This document shows, piece by piece, positions 20,479-29,703 of a DNA stretch of 64,000 nucleotides. Made by a program: the position numbers and the translations under genes. Position 1 is the stretch's first letter. The number at the start of each line of letters is the position of its first letter. The stretch comes from a virus. The DNA lies in the IMG/VR virus record IMGVR_UViG_3300027749_000044; one strand, written 5' to 3'. Below the pieces are notes generated by a model, which made no database searches, was not told the DNA's origin, and worked only from the letters and a program-made list of their open reading frames with translations.

Positions 20479-20529
20479 AATTTCAAAACAACACCTGATT
20501 ATAACAATATCCTCCGGGGTTGGCAACCA
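20479..20529 (-). promoter_or_regulatory. orphan minus-strand sigma70-type promoter, near copy of the primase promoter and leader
   Basis: TGG-TTGCCA-17 nt-TATAAT-CAGGTGTTGTTTTGAAATT on the minus strand. Confidence 0.75.
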
Positions 20530-20558
20530 AAATCCGCCATGAAATTAAATTATTTTTG

Positions 20559-20589
20559 TGGTTGCCAACCTCCTAGGATTTGATACATT
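20559..20589 (+). promoter_or_regulatory. sigma70-type promoter for gp55
   Basis: TGG-TTGCCA-16 nt-TACATT. Confidence 0.6.
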
Positions 20590-20618
20590 AGGATCAACAA
20601 TAACAATAAGGTATTACC

Positions 20619-21191
20619 ATGGCCGAAAAAACCAAACCAATCCATTACGTTGACAACAAAAAATTCTTCCAGGCAATGGTGGCATACCTCGACAAATGTA
20701 AACTTGCAACTGAAGCCGAACAAGAATTACCAAAAATTCCAGATTATATTGGCGACTGTATTTACAAAATTGCCGAAGGACTATCATACAAAAAGAATTT
20801 TATAAATTATTCTTTTCGAGAAGAATTGGTAGGAGATGGAATTGAAAGTTGCATTAAATATTTGAGAAGTTATAATCCAGAAAAAACAAATAATCCTTTC
20901 TCATATTTCACGCAAATTTGTTTTAATGCCTATATACATCGCATTGGCAAAGAAAAAAAAGAACAATATACAAAATATAAAATGATGGAAAAACATTTTA
21001 CTTTTGATATGAATTCTGAAGACTATCAACATTTAAGGGATAGTGGGCATAATTTCGAGGCCGGGGATAATATTATTACCTCGTTCGAGGCAAATTTAGA
21101 AAAGAAAAAAGCAGAAAGTAAGGCCAAACAAGGCCTCGAAAAATTTATTTTGGAGACAGAAGATGAGAGAGACACTACCTCCAATCCTTAG
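20619..21191 (+). CDS. gp55: late sigma factor gp55
   Basis: HYVDNK.F, YIG.C..KIAEGLS, NFINY, NPFSYFTQI, RI.KEKK. Confidence 0.95.
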   Translation: MAEKTKPIHYVDNKKFFQAMVAYLDKCKLATEAEQELPKIPDYIGDCIYKIAEGLSYKKNFINYSFREELVGDGIESCIKYLRSYNPEKTNNPFSYFTQICFNAYIHRIGKEKKEQYTKYKMMEKHFTFDMNSEDYQHLRDSGHNFEAGDNIITSFEANLEKKKAESKAKQGLEKFILETEDERDTTSNP

Positions 21192-21321
21192 AGATTGGAT
21201 CACCCAGTTTGAAAATGAAAAAAATCCAAAGATCAAATACAATTTCTATAGGCAACTGTTGAACTGTCAACAAGAAATTGAAAAAGTCACGAAGAATTAT
21301 AATGAAAGTGTCAAGGTATAA
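21163..21321 (+). CDS. small hypothetical protein (52 aa)
   Basis: Manual translation MRETLPPILRDW...ESVKV; GGAG upstream. Confidence 0.5.
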   Translation: MRETLPPILRDWITQFENEKNPKIKYNFYRQLLNCQQEIEKVTKNYNESVKV

Positions 21322-21324
21322 TTA

Positions 21325-22386
21325 ATGGTTAAGGTAGCAATCCTCGGTGATACTCATTTCGGTGTAAGAAATGACAACCTAAAGTTTCATGATTTCTACC
21401 GCAAATTTTATACCAATGTTTTCTTTCCTTATTTGAGAGAAAATGACATTGGAGATATTATTCAACTCGGTGATTTGTTTGACCGACGTAAGTATATTAA
21501 TTTCAATACTTTATATTTGTCGCGTCAATATTTCTTTGATGTGATAGAAAATGAAGATTTTCAATTATATGCTTTTCCTGGAAACCACGACATTTTACAC
21601 AAAAATACATTAGAAGTAAATGCACTTGATTTATTGCTAGGTGAATATAAAAACACAAAAGTAATATCAACGCCAAGTAATTTACTTTATGGAAACACAG
21701 AAATTGCTTTGGTGCCTTGGATCTGTGATGATAATGAAGATGATGCTCTCAGTTTCTTACATAATACCACAGCCAAAATTTGCATGGGACATTTCGAAAT
21801 ACAAGGGTTCGAAATGCACAAAGGTCATGTATGTGAAACGGGGTTTCCAAGAAATGCATTTTCAAAATTTGATTTAACGCTTTCTGGGCATTATCATACT
21901 CGTTCAGAAAAAGAAAATATTACTTACGTCGGTACACCTTATGAAATGACATGGAGTGATTATGGAGACCAAAAAGGATTTCATATTCTTGACACAGAAA
22001 CTTTGGACTTGACATTCGTAAAAAATCCATATAGAATGTTCAATAAGGTACATTATGACGACACAACAAAAGACTTAAAAGAAATTTTGAATAAAGATTT
22101 TGATTCGTTAGACGGAACTTATGTTAAAGTTATTGTGTCAGGAAAAACCAATCCCTATTGGTTTGATTTATTCGTCGATGCCATTGAAAAATCTTCTCCG
22201 GCGCATATCCAAATAGTAGATGACAATCTTAAATTGGATACGGAAAATGATGATCATATAATTGACGAAGCAGAAGATACAGTTACTATTTTATCAAAAT
22301 ATATTGATAATTTGGAAGCAGATGTTAACAAACCACAATTAACAAATTTGATTAGAACACTTTATAATGAGGCAATTAATTTATGA
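21325..22386 (+). CDS. gp47: recombination endonuclease subunit gp47 (Mre11-like)
   Basis: GDTHFG, GDLFDRRK, GNHD, SGHYH. Confidence 0.95.
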   Translation: MVKVAILGDTHFGVRNDNLKFHDFYRKFYTNVFFPYLRENDIGDIIQLGDLFDRRKYINFNTLYLSRQYFFDVIENEDFQLYAFPGNHDILHKNTLEVNALDLLLGEYKNTKVISTPSNLLYGNTEIALVPWICDDNEDDALSFLHNTTAKICMGHFEIQGFEMHKGHVCETGFPRNAFSKFDLTLSGHYHTRSEKENITYVGTPYEMTWSDYGDQKGFHILDTETLDLTFVKNPYRMFNKVHYDDTTKDLKEILNKDFDSLDGTYVKVIVSGKTNPYWFDLFVDAIEKSSPAHIQIVDDNLKLDTENDDHIIDEAEDTVTILSKYIDNLEADVNKPQLTNLIRTLYNEAINL

Positions 22387-22481
22387 AAAATGAAAATATC
22401 GTTGATAGAGCCAGCAAAGGCCTCCCGCCTTTATATCTATAGTTTAAATTTATTTGTTTTTGTCAAGTTGGAGTATACTTT

Positions 22482-24194
22482 TTGCTTAATTTTCGAACTG
22501 TTCGATACCGGAACATACTTAGTACCGGAAACGCATTTATTGAAATTAATATGGACGAAGCCAGGTCTACGCTTTGCCATGGGGTAAATGGTGCCGGGAA
22601 AAGCACATTCATCGAAGCAATTTCATTTGCATTGTACGGTAAGTCATTCAGAAAAACAAATAAACCACAATTGGTAAATTCTATCAATAAAAAAGACATG
22701 TTGGTCGAAATAGAATTTGTTGCAAATAACCGTGAATATATGATTCGACGCGGCATGAAGCCAAACATTTTTGAAATTTTTGAAAATGGAAAATTACTGA
22801 ATCAAGAATCTGCAACAAAAGACTATCAGGAAATTCTCGAAAAATCTATTTTGAAAATGAACCACAAATCATTTTCACAAATTGTTGTTTTGGGTTCTGC
22901 TAATTATACTCCATTCATGCAATTGTCAGCCTCCGCGCGGAGAGATTTGATTGAAGATTTGTTGGATATCCAAGTATTCTCGACAATGAATATTTTATTG
23001 AAAGATAAAATTTCGGCGGCAAAAGAAGATTTGACAACCGTCAGATATAACATTGACATAACCAAAGAAAAAATTGAATTACAAAAAGAATATATCAGAA
23101 AAATTCGACAGAATGCAAAAACTGTCATCAAAGAAAAAAAAGCAAAAATTAAAGAAAATAATTTATTGGTGAATGCATATACAGATAAAATTTCGGAAAT
23201 TTTGATCGAAATTGAAAAATGTAATCGTGCAATTGCTGATAGCGATGAGACCTTGAAGAAAAAATCGACCATGGTCGATATGCAAAGACAAATACAATCA
23301 AAAATAGCGAAAATCATTAAAGAAATTTCATTTTACGATGAAAATAAAACTTGCCCTATGTGCAAACAAGGAATAGATCATGATTTTCATTCTGACATAC
23401 AAGATGAAAATAGAAAAAAAGAAAATGAATTTCGGTCGGCGGCAACATTGATTTCTAAAAAAATCTTGGAAATTGACAAAAAAATAGATGTAATACATGG
23501 GGTCAATAACGAAATCCAAGGATGGAACCTAAAAATTGCAGGTTATAACCAAAGCATTTCAGGAGTAAACAAATATACGTCTGAACTACAAAAAGAAATT
23601 TTAGAATTGCAAAACAAAGAAGAATTTGACGATAATGAATTGCAAAAATTGGAAGAATTGACCGAGACATTGACTAAATATGAGAGCCAGAAAGAAGAAA
23701 TCTTGGCCCATAAAGCCACATTAGATGTCGCATCCATGATCTTAAAGGATGGCGGAATCAAATCAAAAATCATCAAACAATATATTCCAGTAATCAATAA
23801 ATTGATTAACAAATATCTGGCACAAATGGAATTTGTTGTAGATTTTAATTTGGATGAAAATTTCAACGAAACTATTAAATCTAGATACAGAGACGAATTT
23901 AGTTATGCAAGTTTTTCTGAAGGCGAAAAGGCCAGAATTGACGTTGCTCTGCTATTCACTTGGAGAGCAATCTCCAAATTGAGAAATAGTAATAATACAA
24001 ACATTCTTGTATTGGACGAAATTGGCGACAGTTCATTGGATTCTTCTGGTGCAGAAGAGTTTATCAAAATCTTGCAAGACTTGGCAGGTGACACAAATAT
24101 TTTCATGATTAGTCACCGAGCAGGAGATATACAGGATAAATTTGACCGAACAATTGAGTTTGTAAAAGACAAAAATTTCACACGATTAGTATAA
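22482..24194 (+). CDS. gp46: recombination ATPase gp46 (Rad50-like)
   Basis: G.NGAGKST, CPMC zinc hook, FSEGEK, LDE, ISH; TTG start after GGAG. Confidence 0.95.
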   Translation: MLNFRTVRYRNILSTGNAFIEINMDEARSTLCHGVNGAGKSTFIEAISFALYGKSFRKTNKPQLVNSINKKDMLVEIEFVANNREYMIRRGMKPNIFEIFENGKLLNQESATKDYQEILEKSILKMNHKSFSQIVVLGSANYTPFMQLSASARRDLIEDLLDIQVFSTMNILLKDKISAAKEDLTTVRYNIDITKEKIELQKEYIRKIRQNAKTVIKEKKAKIKENNLLVNAYTDKISEILIEIEKCNRAIADSDETLKKKSTMVDMQRQIQSKIAKIIKEISFYDENKTCPMCKQGIDHDFHSDIQDENRKKENEFRSAATLISKKILEIDKKIDVIHGVNNEIQGWNLKIAGYNQSISGVNKYTSELQKEILELQNKEEFDDNELQKLEELTETLTKYESQKEEILAHKATLDVASMILKDGGIKSKIIKQYIPVINKLINKYLAQMEFVVDFNLDENFNETIKSRYRDEFSYASFSEGEKARIDVALLFTWRAISKLRNSNNTNILVLDEIGDSSLDSSGAEEFIKILQDLAGDTNIFMISHRAGDIQDKFDRTIEFVKDKNFTRLV

Positions 24195-24206
24195 TAGGAA
24201 ATAATA

Positions 24207-24797
24207 ATGGAAAATAAAATAAATTCGGTGTCAGGATTTCTTGGCGAAATCTTAGACAAAACACAATTAAATTTTTCGCCTCCTTTAACCATTAGAGATT
24301 ATAACGATCCTATCCTTAAACAAAAATGTGAAAATTTTAATTTTAAAGAGCCACAAGTTGATATTGTTAAATTTTCTACTGACCTCGTAGAAACAATGTA
24401 TAAGAAAAATGGAATTGGTCTTGCTGCAAATCAAGTTGGTGTGCCGTTACGTATTTTTGCTATGCACGCCGATCCTGCTCTAGTTGTTATTAATCCTAAA
24501 ATCATTGAAGTGTCGGATGAGGTTGTTTTGTTAGAAGAAGGTTGCCTTTCGTACCCAGGCCTGTATGTTAAAGTAAAGCGGCCATTGTGGATTAAAGCTA
24601 GATTTTCATATCCTAATGGTCAGGCAAAAACCTTCAGATTTGAAGGCATGACTGCCCGAGTATTTCAACATGAATTCGCCCATCTTGAAGGATTGAACAT
24701 GTTGGATTTTACAAATAAATTTTACAAAGACAAGGCAATGAAAGTATTGTCTGCCAGAGAAAAAGCATTGAAACAAATTGAAAAGGTGATCGCATAA
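24207..24797 (+). CDS. def: peptide deformylase
   Basis: GIGLAANQVG, EGCLS, HEFAHLEG motifs. Confidence 0.93.
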   Translation: MENKINSVSGFLGEILDKTQLNFSPPLTIRDYNDPILKQKCENFNFKEPQVDIVKFSTDLVETMYKKNGIGLAANQVGVPLRIFAMHADPALVVINPKIIEVSDEVVLLEEGCLSYPGLYVKVKRPLWIKARFSYPNGQAKTFRFEGMTARVFQHEFAHLEGLNMLDFTNKFYKDKAMKVLSAREKALKQIEKVIA

Positions 24798-25126
24798 TGA
24801 AGAAAACACATGAGCCTTGGGAAATCGACTATAAATATAGTGAAAATTTAATTATGGAAGATTTACAACAACATCTTGACTCCACATACAGTCAACATTA
24901 CATTGCTGACGACAACATCCAATGTTTCGATGCATGGATTGCCATGGGTGATTCCACACCTACTTTCCGCAACACTGCAATGAAATATCTTTGGAGATAT
25001 GGCAAAAAGAACGGCAACAATAAAGCCGATCTAATGAAAGCACTTCATTATATTATTCTATGTTTGCATGTCGACCATTATAGAGATGCGTCATATGAAT
25101 GTGAAGATGGAGTTTGTTCTATATAA
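24797..25126 (+). CDS. DUF3310-like protein
   Basis: TYSQHY, KYLWRYGKKNG....DL.KA.HY. Confidence 0.7.
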   Translation: MKKTHEPWEIDYKYSENLIMEDLQQHLDSTYSQHYIADDNIQCFDAWIAMGDSTPTFRNTAMKYLWRYGKKNGNNKADLMKALHYIILCLHVDHYRDASYECEDGVCSI

Positions 25127-25148
25127 ATAATTATTTCCGGAGAAACTC

Positions 25149-25511
25149 ATGTTGTCTTATTCTTTATTCTGCGAACGTTCACAAACAAACAGTCCAGTAT
25201 TCAAAAGACTTAAGTCACACGATAAATCTTTCCATACAGTCCGACAACACGGCGACGGATATACCAGTAGCACCGCTGATCCTAGATCAGGTGTACTACA
25301 TCATGGACGAGATGATGGACAACATGAAATAGGACACGTAGCCCACAATAATGAACTTATAGGTAATGTAATTCCTGTGCGAAATGAATCTGGAGGTCTA
25401 GAAGGCGCAATTCCTGTTACACATGGCAAAGAAGTCGGTGAAATGATACCAGGAAAAAATGCCGTCATGGATGCAGTCGATCATGTAATTAAAACGCATA
25501 AAGGTGGGTAA
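25149..25511 (+). CDS. His-rich putative internal head protein
   Basis: Late promoter TATAAATA at 25122; CTS-like MLSYSLFCE; 11 His in 120 aa. Confidence 0.6.
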   Translation: MLSYSLFCERSQTNSPVFKRLKSHDKSFHTVRQHGDGYTSSTADPRSGVLHHGRDDGQHEIGHVAHNNELIGNVIPVRNESGGLEGAIPVTHGKEVGEMIPGKNAVMDAVDHVIKTHKGG

Positions 25512-25726
25512 TGTCATACACAACTAAAGAAGAAAACCATGGAGTTGTTACTGTACATCATGAAGGCGAAAAGGTCGGCGTAGTTGTTCCGGAAAGACAT
25601 CCAAAAACAGGAGACGTCCGGGCACATTGCGCCATACATCAATCCGGTGATTGTTATCCTAAAATACCAGAAAAAGAAACTGCAATTAACGCTGTGATTG
25701 CAATGGATAAAAAACACAGGACATAA
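25511..25726 (+). CDS. His-rich paralog of the C-terminal half of the upstream ORF
   Basis: Shared V.H..E..G.V.P.R....G...H...IP.K...A...VI pattern. Confidence 0.6.
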   Translation: MSYTTKEENHGVVTVHHEGEKVGVVVPERHPKTGDVRAHCAIHQSGDCYPKIPEKETAINAVIAMDKKHRT

Positions 25727-25762
25727 ATACAATAGGCTATAAAATATTTTAAGGAAAAACTC

Positions 25763-26452
25763 ATGACCGACAGATTTCTAAGATTCACTGCAAACAGATT
25801 AAATACACAAAATATTAGTGAAATGTTTGGTAGGTCAAGAAAAGAAGATGACACTCTGTCGGAAGGTCCTTTTTCTCAAGGTAGCGTAAAGCCCACCCAA
25901 AAAATGAAAGATGAAATGGATCGTATTTCATCTACTATGCATGGCGTCGATGAAAAAGGTTCTTTTACTCAAAAGAAAGTAAATGGAAAATTGGGACCAA
26001 AAGTTTATGCCGAATCTGTAGTCAATGAAATGTTTGGTAAAAAGAAACAAACAGTTTCAGGGGAACAACATTTGCAAAATCTTTCGACCGATGCACATAA
26101 AATAAGCGGCGAAGCCGGTTGGTCTAGTGACGATGCATGGCATAGAAAGCCAATAGAAAGCCAAATTAATCCCCGAGCAAACCGAGAACACGTAAAAAAT
26201 ATAACAGCTGGTCTTTATCATCCTGAGGCAAAAAATTCAGATGCAGAAGATGTAAGAAGTAATCATCAAGTTGCACAAGAACATCATGAAATTGCTGGCG
26301 CCGCACATAGCGCCGCTGGTCAAGAAGCCCTCAAACAAGGTAATCATGATTTGGCAAAAGAACATTTCGAACATGCCAAACAACATGCAGTACACGCAAA
26401 AGCACACCAAGATGAATATGAAAGAGTAAACGGAACACATTACACCTGGTAA
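25763..26452 (+). CDS. His-rich modular putative internal head protein
   Basis: Late promoter CATAAATA at 25722; ISE/LSE/YAE/VNE sites; EMFG repeated. Confidence 0.6.
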   Translation: MTDRFLRFTANRLNTQNISEMFGRSRKEDDTLSEGPFSQGSVKPTQKMKDEMDRISSTMHGVDEKGSFTQKKVNGKLGPKVYAESVVNEMFGKKKQTVSGEQHLQNLSTDAHKISGEAGWSSDDAWHRKPIESQINPRANREHVKNITAGLYHPEAKNSDAEDVRSNHQVAQEHHEIAGAAHSAAGQEALKQGNHDLAKEHFEHAKQHAVHAKAHQDEYERVNGTHYTW

Positions 26453-26505
26453 TTTATAAATCTGACTTGAATTAAACTTTTACTATAATATATAAAGGAA
26501 AAATA

Positions 26506-27357
26506 ATGGAAATTAATATTGAATTAGACGAACTACGTAAGCGTAAATTGTTTGTTGCGGCCCCCATGTATGGCGGCCAATGCGCAGGCATGTTTTGTCG
26601 ATCCACAAATGACTTGTCCGCAATGGCAGTTCATTACGGAATCGATTTGAGATTTTATTATCTATTCAATGAATCATTGATTACTCGTGCGCGTAATTAT
26701 TGTGTCGATGAATTTATGAGATCAGATTGTACTCATATGCTATTCATTGACTCTGACATTGGATTCGATGCCAAAGACGTAATGACTTTACTTGCATTAA
26801 TGGATGACGAAAGTCCATATGATGTACTTTGTGGTCCTTATCCTAAGAAGTGCATTTCTTGGGAAAAAATTAAACAAGCTGTTGACTTGGGTGTTGCCGA
26901 CGATGATTCAAATGTACTAGAACGATTTGTCGGCGATTACGTTTTCAATCCAGCCGGGGGTCAAACACAAATTAAAATTGATGAGCCGGTCGAAGTTATG
27001 GAATCTGGTACGGGATTCATGATGATTCGACGACAGACATTTGAGAAGTATGCAGAAGCATATCCTCAATATTGGTATCGTCCGGATCACGTCCGAACCG
27101 CCGCCTTTGATGGGTCTAGGGAGATCATGATGTATTTCCAAGCAGATATCGATCCTATTACGGATTCAAAGAGGTATCTTTCAGAAGACTATTGGTTCTG
27201 TCAATTATCACGGGCCGCCGGACTTAAAGTATGGCTATGTCCATGGATCCAACTCAGTCACGTCGGTTCTTATATTTTTGGTGGATCTCTCGCTGACATT
27301 GCGTCAATTGGGGCTTCGGCGACTGTAGACCAAGCTAAACTTGGATCAAAGAAGTAA
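26506..27357 (+). CDS. GT-A-like glycosyltransferase
   Basis: PMYGG, ESLITRARN, FIDSDI (DxD), GTGFMMI, YLSEDY.FC. Confidence 0.75.
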   Translation: MEINIELDELRKRKLFVAAPMYGGQCAGMFCRSTNDLSAMAVHYGIDLRFYYLFNESLITRARNYCVDEFMRSDCTHMLFIDSDIGFDAKDVMTLLALMDDESPYDVLCGPYPKKCISWEKIKQAVDLGVADDDSNVLERFVGDYVFNPAGGQTQIKIDEPVEVMESGTGFMMIRRQTFEKYAEAYPQYWYRPDHVRTAAFDGSREIMMYFQADIDPITDSKRYLSEDYWFCQLSRAAGLKVWLCPWIQLSHVGSYIFGGSLADIASIGASATVDQAKLGSKK

Positions 27358-27372
27358 AAAAGGAAATTATAT

Positions 27373-27784
27373 TATGCAAGCACTTGGTAAAACACTTAAT
27401 ATTAAAACAACATTTGCGGTAAAAGACGTCATTGGATTTCTAGAAAAGCATCTAGAACAACATAAGAAAGAATATGCTGAAGCGGTTGAAGTTTATGAAA
27501 AAACCGTGGCAGAAAAATTGCAAGTACTTTCGGCCGTAGCATATGACATGTCAGAGACAAAATATAGCTATACCAAACTAAGCGAACCTTGGTCTGCAAT
27601 TGTTTCTCTTAAAGTTCCTGTAAATCAAACAGAAATGTACGAACAATACATTTCAATTTTCAAGCAATCCACTTCTACGGACGTTGAATTGTCTATGGAA
27701 GATGCGAATTGCTTGATTAATGACGCTTGGGATTGGGCAATGACTGCCAAAACCACAAATTCATTTTATTCCAGCCAGCGTTAA
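27373..27784 (+). CDS. hypothetical protein
   Basis: Start re-called at MQALGK after AGGA. Confidence 0.65.
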
Positions 27785-27790
27785 AAAATG

Positions 27791-27828
27791 GGTTGCCATT
27801 ATCCTGGAGTTTGATAGACTCCAGGATA
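27791..27828 (+). promoter_or_regulatory. sigma70-type promoter for gp45 overlapped by an 11-bp inverted repeat
   Basis: GG-TTGCCA-16 nt-TAGACT; TATCCTGGAGT/ACTCCAGGATA. Confidence 0.6.
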
Positions 27829-27858
27829 TACCCCACAAATTCATATCATGAGGATTAA

Positions 27859-28518
27859 ATGAAGATTTCTGATCGCGCACTAATGGTACTAAAGAATTTT
27901 AGTTCAATCAACCAGTCAATTATCATTGAGCCTGGTAATGCCATCGTTACAATGTCTCCACAAAAGACAATTATGGCCAAGGCAGTGGTTGACGATACAT
28001 TCGATAGGACCATGTGCATTTATGACCTATCACAATTTCTACAAGTACTGTCATTGTTCAAGCAACCTGAACTTGAACTAGAGACAGAAAGTGTTCTTAT
28101 TCATGATGCACAAAGAAAGTCTCGGTATTTTTATGCCGATGAATCTCTGTTGCTTCATCCTCCTACCAAGGAACTTAAGGTAAAGGATGACATTTCATTT
28201 TTCCTTCCTTATCAAGCTATTTCTAGCATTCTTAAGGCAACTAATATTCTTTCAGTTCCAGAGGTTGCCTTTGTCGGAGAAAATGGTAAGCTGTATATTC
28301 GGTCTATCGATACGAAGAATTCTTCATCAAATAGTTTCAGTCATGAACTTGGTGAAACTGAAGCCGGCGAATTTAACGTAATTTTTAAGCCAGAATATCT
28401 TGCCAAGCTGTTCGATGCTGATTATAATGTGATTATCTCGTCATCCAAGATCGCAAGGTTCGAAGCAAAGAATATTGTGACTTATTGGATTGCCGTTGAA
28501 AGTAATTCAACTTTCTGA
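27859..28518 (+). CDS. gp45: sliding clamp gp45
   Basis: MKIS.....LKNFSSINQSI, IYDL.QFL, YWIA.E. Confidence 0.93.
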   Translation: MKISDRALMVLKNFSSINQSIIIEPGNAIVTMSPQKTIMAKAVVDDTFDRTMCIYDLSQFLQVLSLFKQPELELETESVLIHDAQRKSRYFYADESLLLHPPTKELKVKDDISFFLPYQAISSILKATNILSVPEVAFVGENGKLYIRSIDTKNSSSNSFSHELGETEAGEFNVIFKPEYLAKLFDADYNVIISSSKIARFEAKNIVTYWIAVESNSTF

Positions 28519-28539
28519 CACTAAATAGAACATAACAAT

Positions 28540-28613
28540 GCGGGGATGGTATATTGGTCGTGCCCCGGGTTTCCAACCCGTAGAAGTCGGTTCGATTCCG
28601 ACTCTCCGCTCCA
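28540..28613 (+). tRNA. tRNA-Gly(TCC)
   Basis: Cloverleaf folded by hand; loop TT-TCC-AA, TTCGATT T-loop, U73, encoded CCA. Confidence 0.92.
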
Positions 28614-28628
28614 TACATACAATATCAG

Positions 28629-28705
28629 GGCGGGGTGGAGAAGGTAGTAATCTCATCAGGCTCATAACTTGAAGGTCGTCCGTGGGACTCGGACTCCCGC
28701 CCCCA
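28629..28705 (+). tRNA. tRNA with CAT anticodon (Met-like), atypical
   Basis: TCAGG-CTCATAA-CTTGA anticodon arm; T-loop TGGGACT; C73; encoded CCA. Confidence 0.8.
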
Positions 28706-28724
28706 TTTTTTAATTAACAGGATT

Positions 28725-28832
28725 ATGGATTATTTAAAACATTATAATTCTTTGATAGAACGAGCAATATCTAGGAAAAATTTGGTGTGGAAGGATCCAG
28801 AGCTGGAAGTTCTTATTTTTCTTCGATACTAA
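28725..28832 (+). pseudogene. remnant of an HNH homing endonuclease N-terminus
   Basis: MDYLKHYNSLIERAISRK, stops after 35 aa; resembles the MxYxxxYxxLIxRA start of phage HNH endonucleases. Confidence 0.55.
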
Positions 28833-28869
28833 AGTCAAAAAATATTGATGTATTGAATAGAAGAAATTC

Positions 28870-28944
28870 GCCCCCAAAGCATAAAAAGTGATGCGCCGGC
28901 TTTGTAATCCGGAAAACTCCGGGCAGTACGGGGTGAGGGCACCA
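28870..28944 (+). tRNA. tRNA-Thr(TGT), atypical
   Basis: CCGGC-TTTGTAA-TCCGG anticodon arm; A8, T-loop GGCAGTA; ends ACCA. Confidence 0.8.
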
Positions 28945-28973
28945 TTATTACACCATTATTATGAGGATTTAAT

Positions 28974-29144
28974 ATGACTGAAGAAAATAATCAAACAGAA
29001 GAAATGGCGGAAGTTGAACTTGAATTAACGGAAGAGCAATTTCTGCGTATCGCCAAAATGGCACACGAGAATGATATTACATTCAATAAACAAATTGAAC
29101 TCATTCTCACTCACATGATTGAAGAACAAGAAAATAATGTCTAA
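28974..29144 (+). CDS. small conserved phage protein (56 aa)
   Basis: Manual translation ...IAKMAHENDITFNKQIE...; GAGGA RBS. Confidence 0.65.
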   Translation: MTEENNQTEEMAEVELELTEEQFLRIAKMAHENDITFNKQIELILTHMIEEQENNV

Positions 29145-29703
29145 CATTTTTTTATATTCTGATCCTCATTTTGGACACCAAGGTGTCTGTAATTTCACTA
29201 GGGAAGATGGATCTCCATTGCGTCCTTGGAATGAGGTCGAAGAAATGGATGAAGCTCTCGTTGATCGTTTCAATAAAGTCGTCGGTCCAAAAGACAAAGT
29301 TTATTTTTTGGGTGATGTTGCCATGCGTAAACCAGGATTACAGACGGTATTGAGATTGAACGGTGACAAAGTACTGATCAAAGGCAATCATGATATTTTT
29401 GATCTTAAAGATTATTTGTCTGTAGGTTTCAGAGATATCCGCGGATGTCACGTATTGTCTGGTATGATTATGACTCATATTCCCATTCATACTCAGTCAT
29501 TACAAAGATTTGGAACTAATATCCATGGACACCTTCATGCCAACAGGATCATGAAATTTGATACATTTCGAGGATATGAAATCGATCCTGACTATCATTG
29601 TGTTTGTGTAGAACATACGGATTACGCTCCTATTTCATTAGAAGATATTAAAAAGAAAATCGAAACCGAAGGCGGGTGTACTTCATTTAGGGAAAAGAAA
29701 TGA
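29137..29703 (+). CDS. calcineurin-like metallophosphoesterase
   Basis: SDPHFGH, LGDV, GNHD, THIP, HGHLH. Confidence 0.9.
   Translation: MSNIFLYSDPHFGHQGVCNFTREDGSPLRPWNEVEEMDEALVDRFNKVVGPKDKVYFLGDVAMRKPGLQTVLRLNGDKVLIKGNHDIFDLKDYLSVGFRDIRGCHVLSGMIMTHIPIHTQSLQRFGTNIHGHLHANRIMKFDTFRGYEIDPDYHCVCVEHTDYAPISLEDIKKKIETEGGCTSFREKK

Noticed and set aside
22383-22481. Possible minus-strand promoter (TTGACA near 22466) and ORF 22390-22587 in the gp47-gp46 gap
   Set aside because: Spacing to a -10 box is poor (19 nt), and the ORF overlaps gp46 without recognisable features
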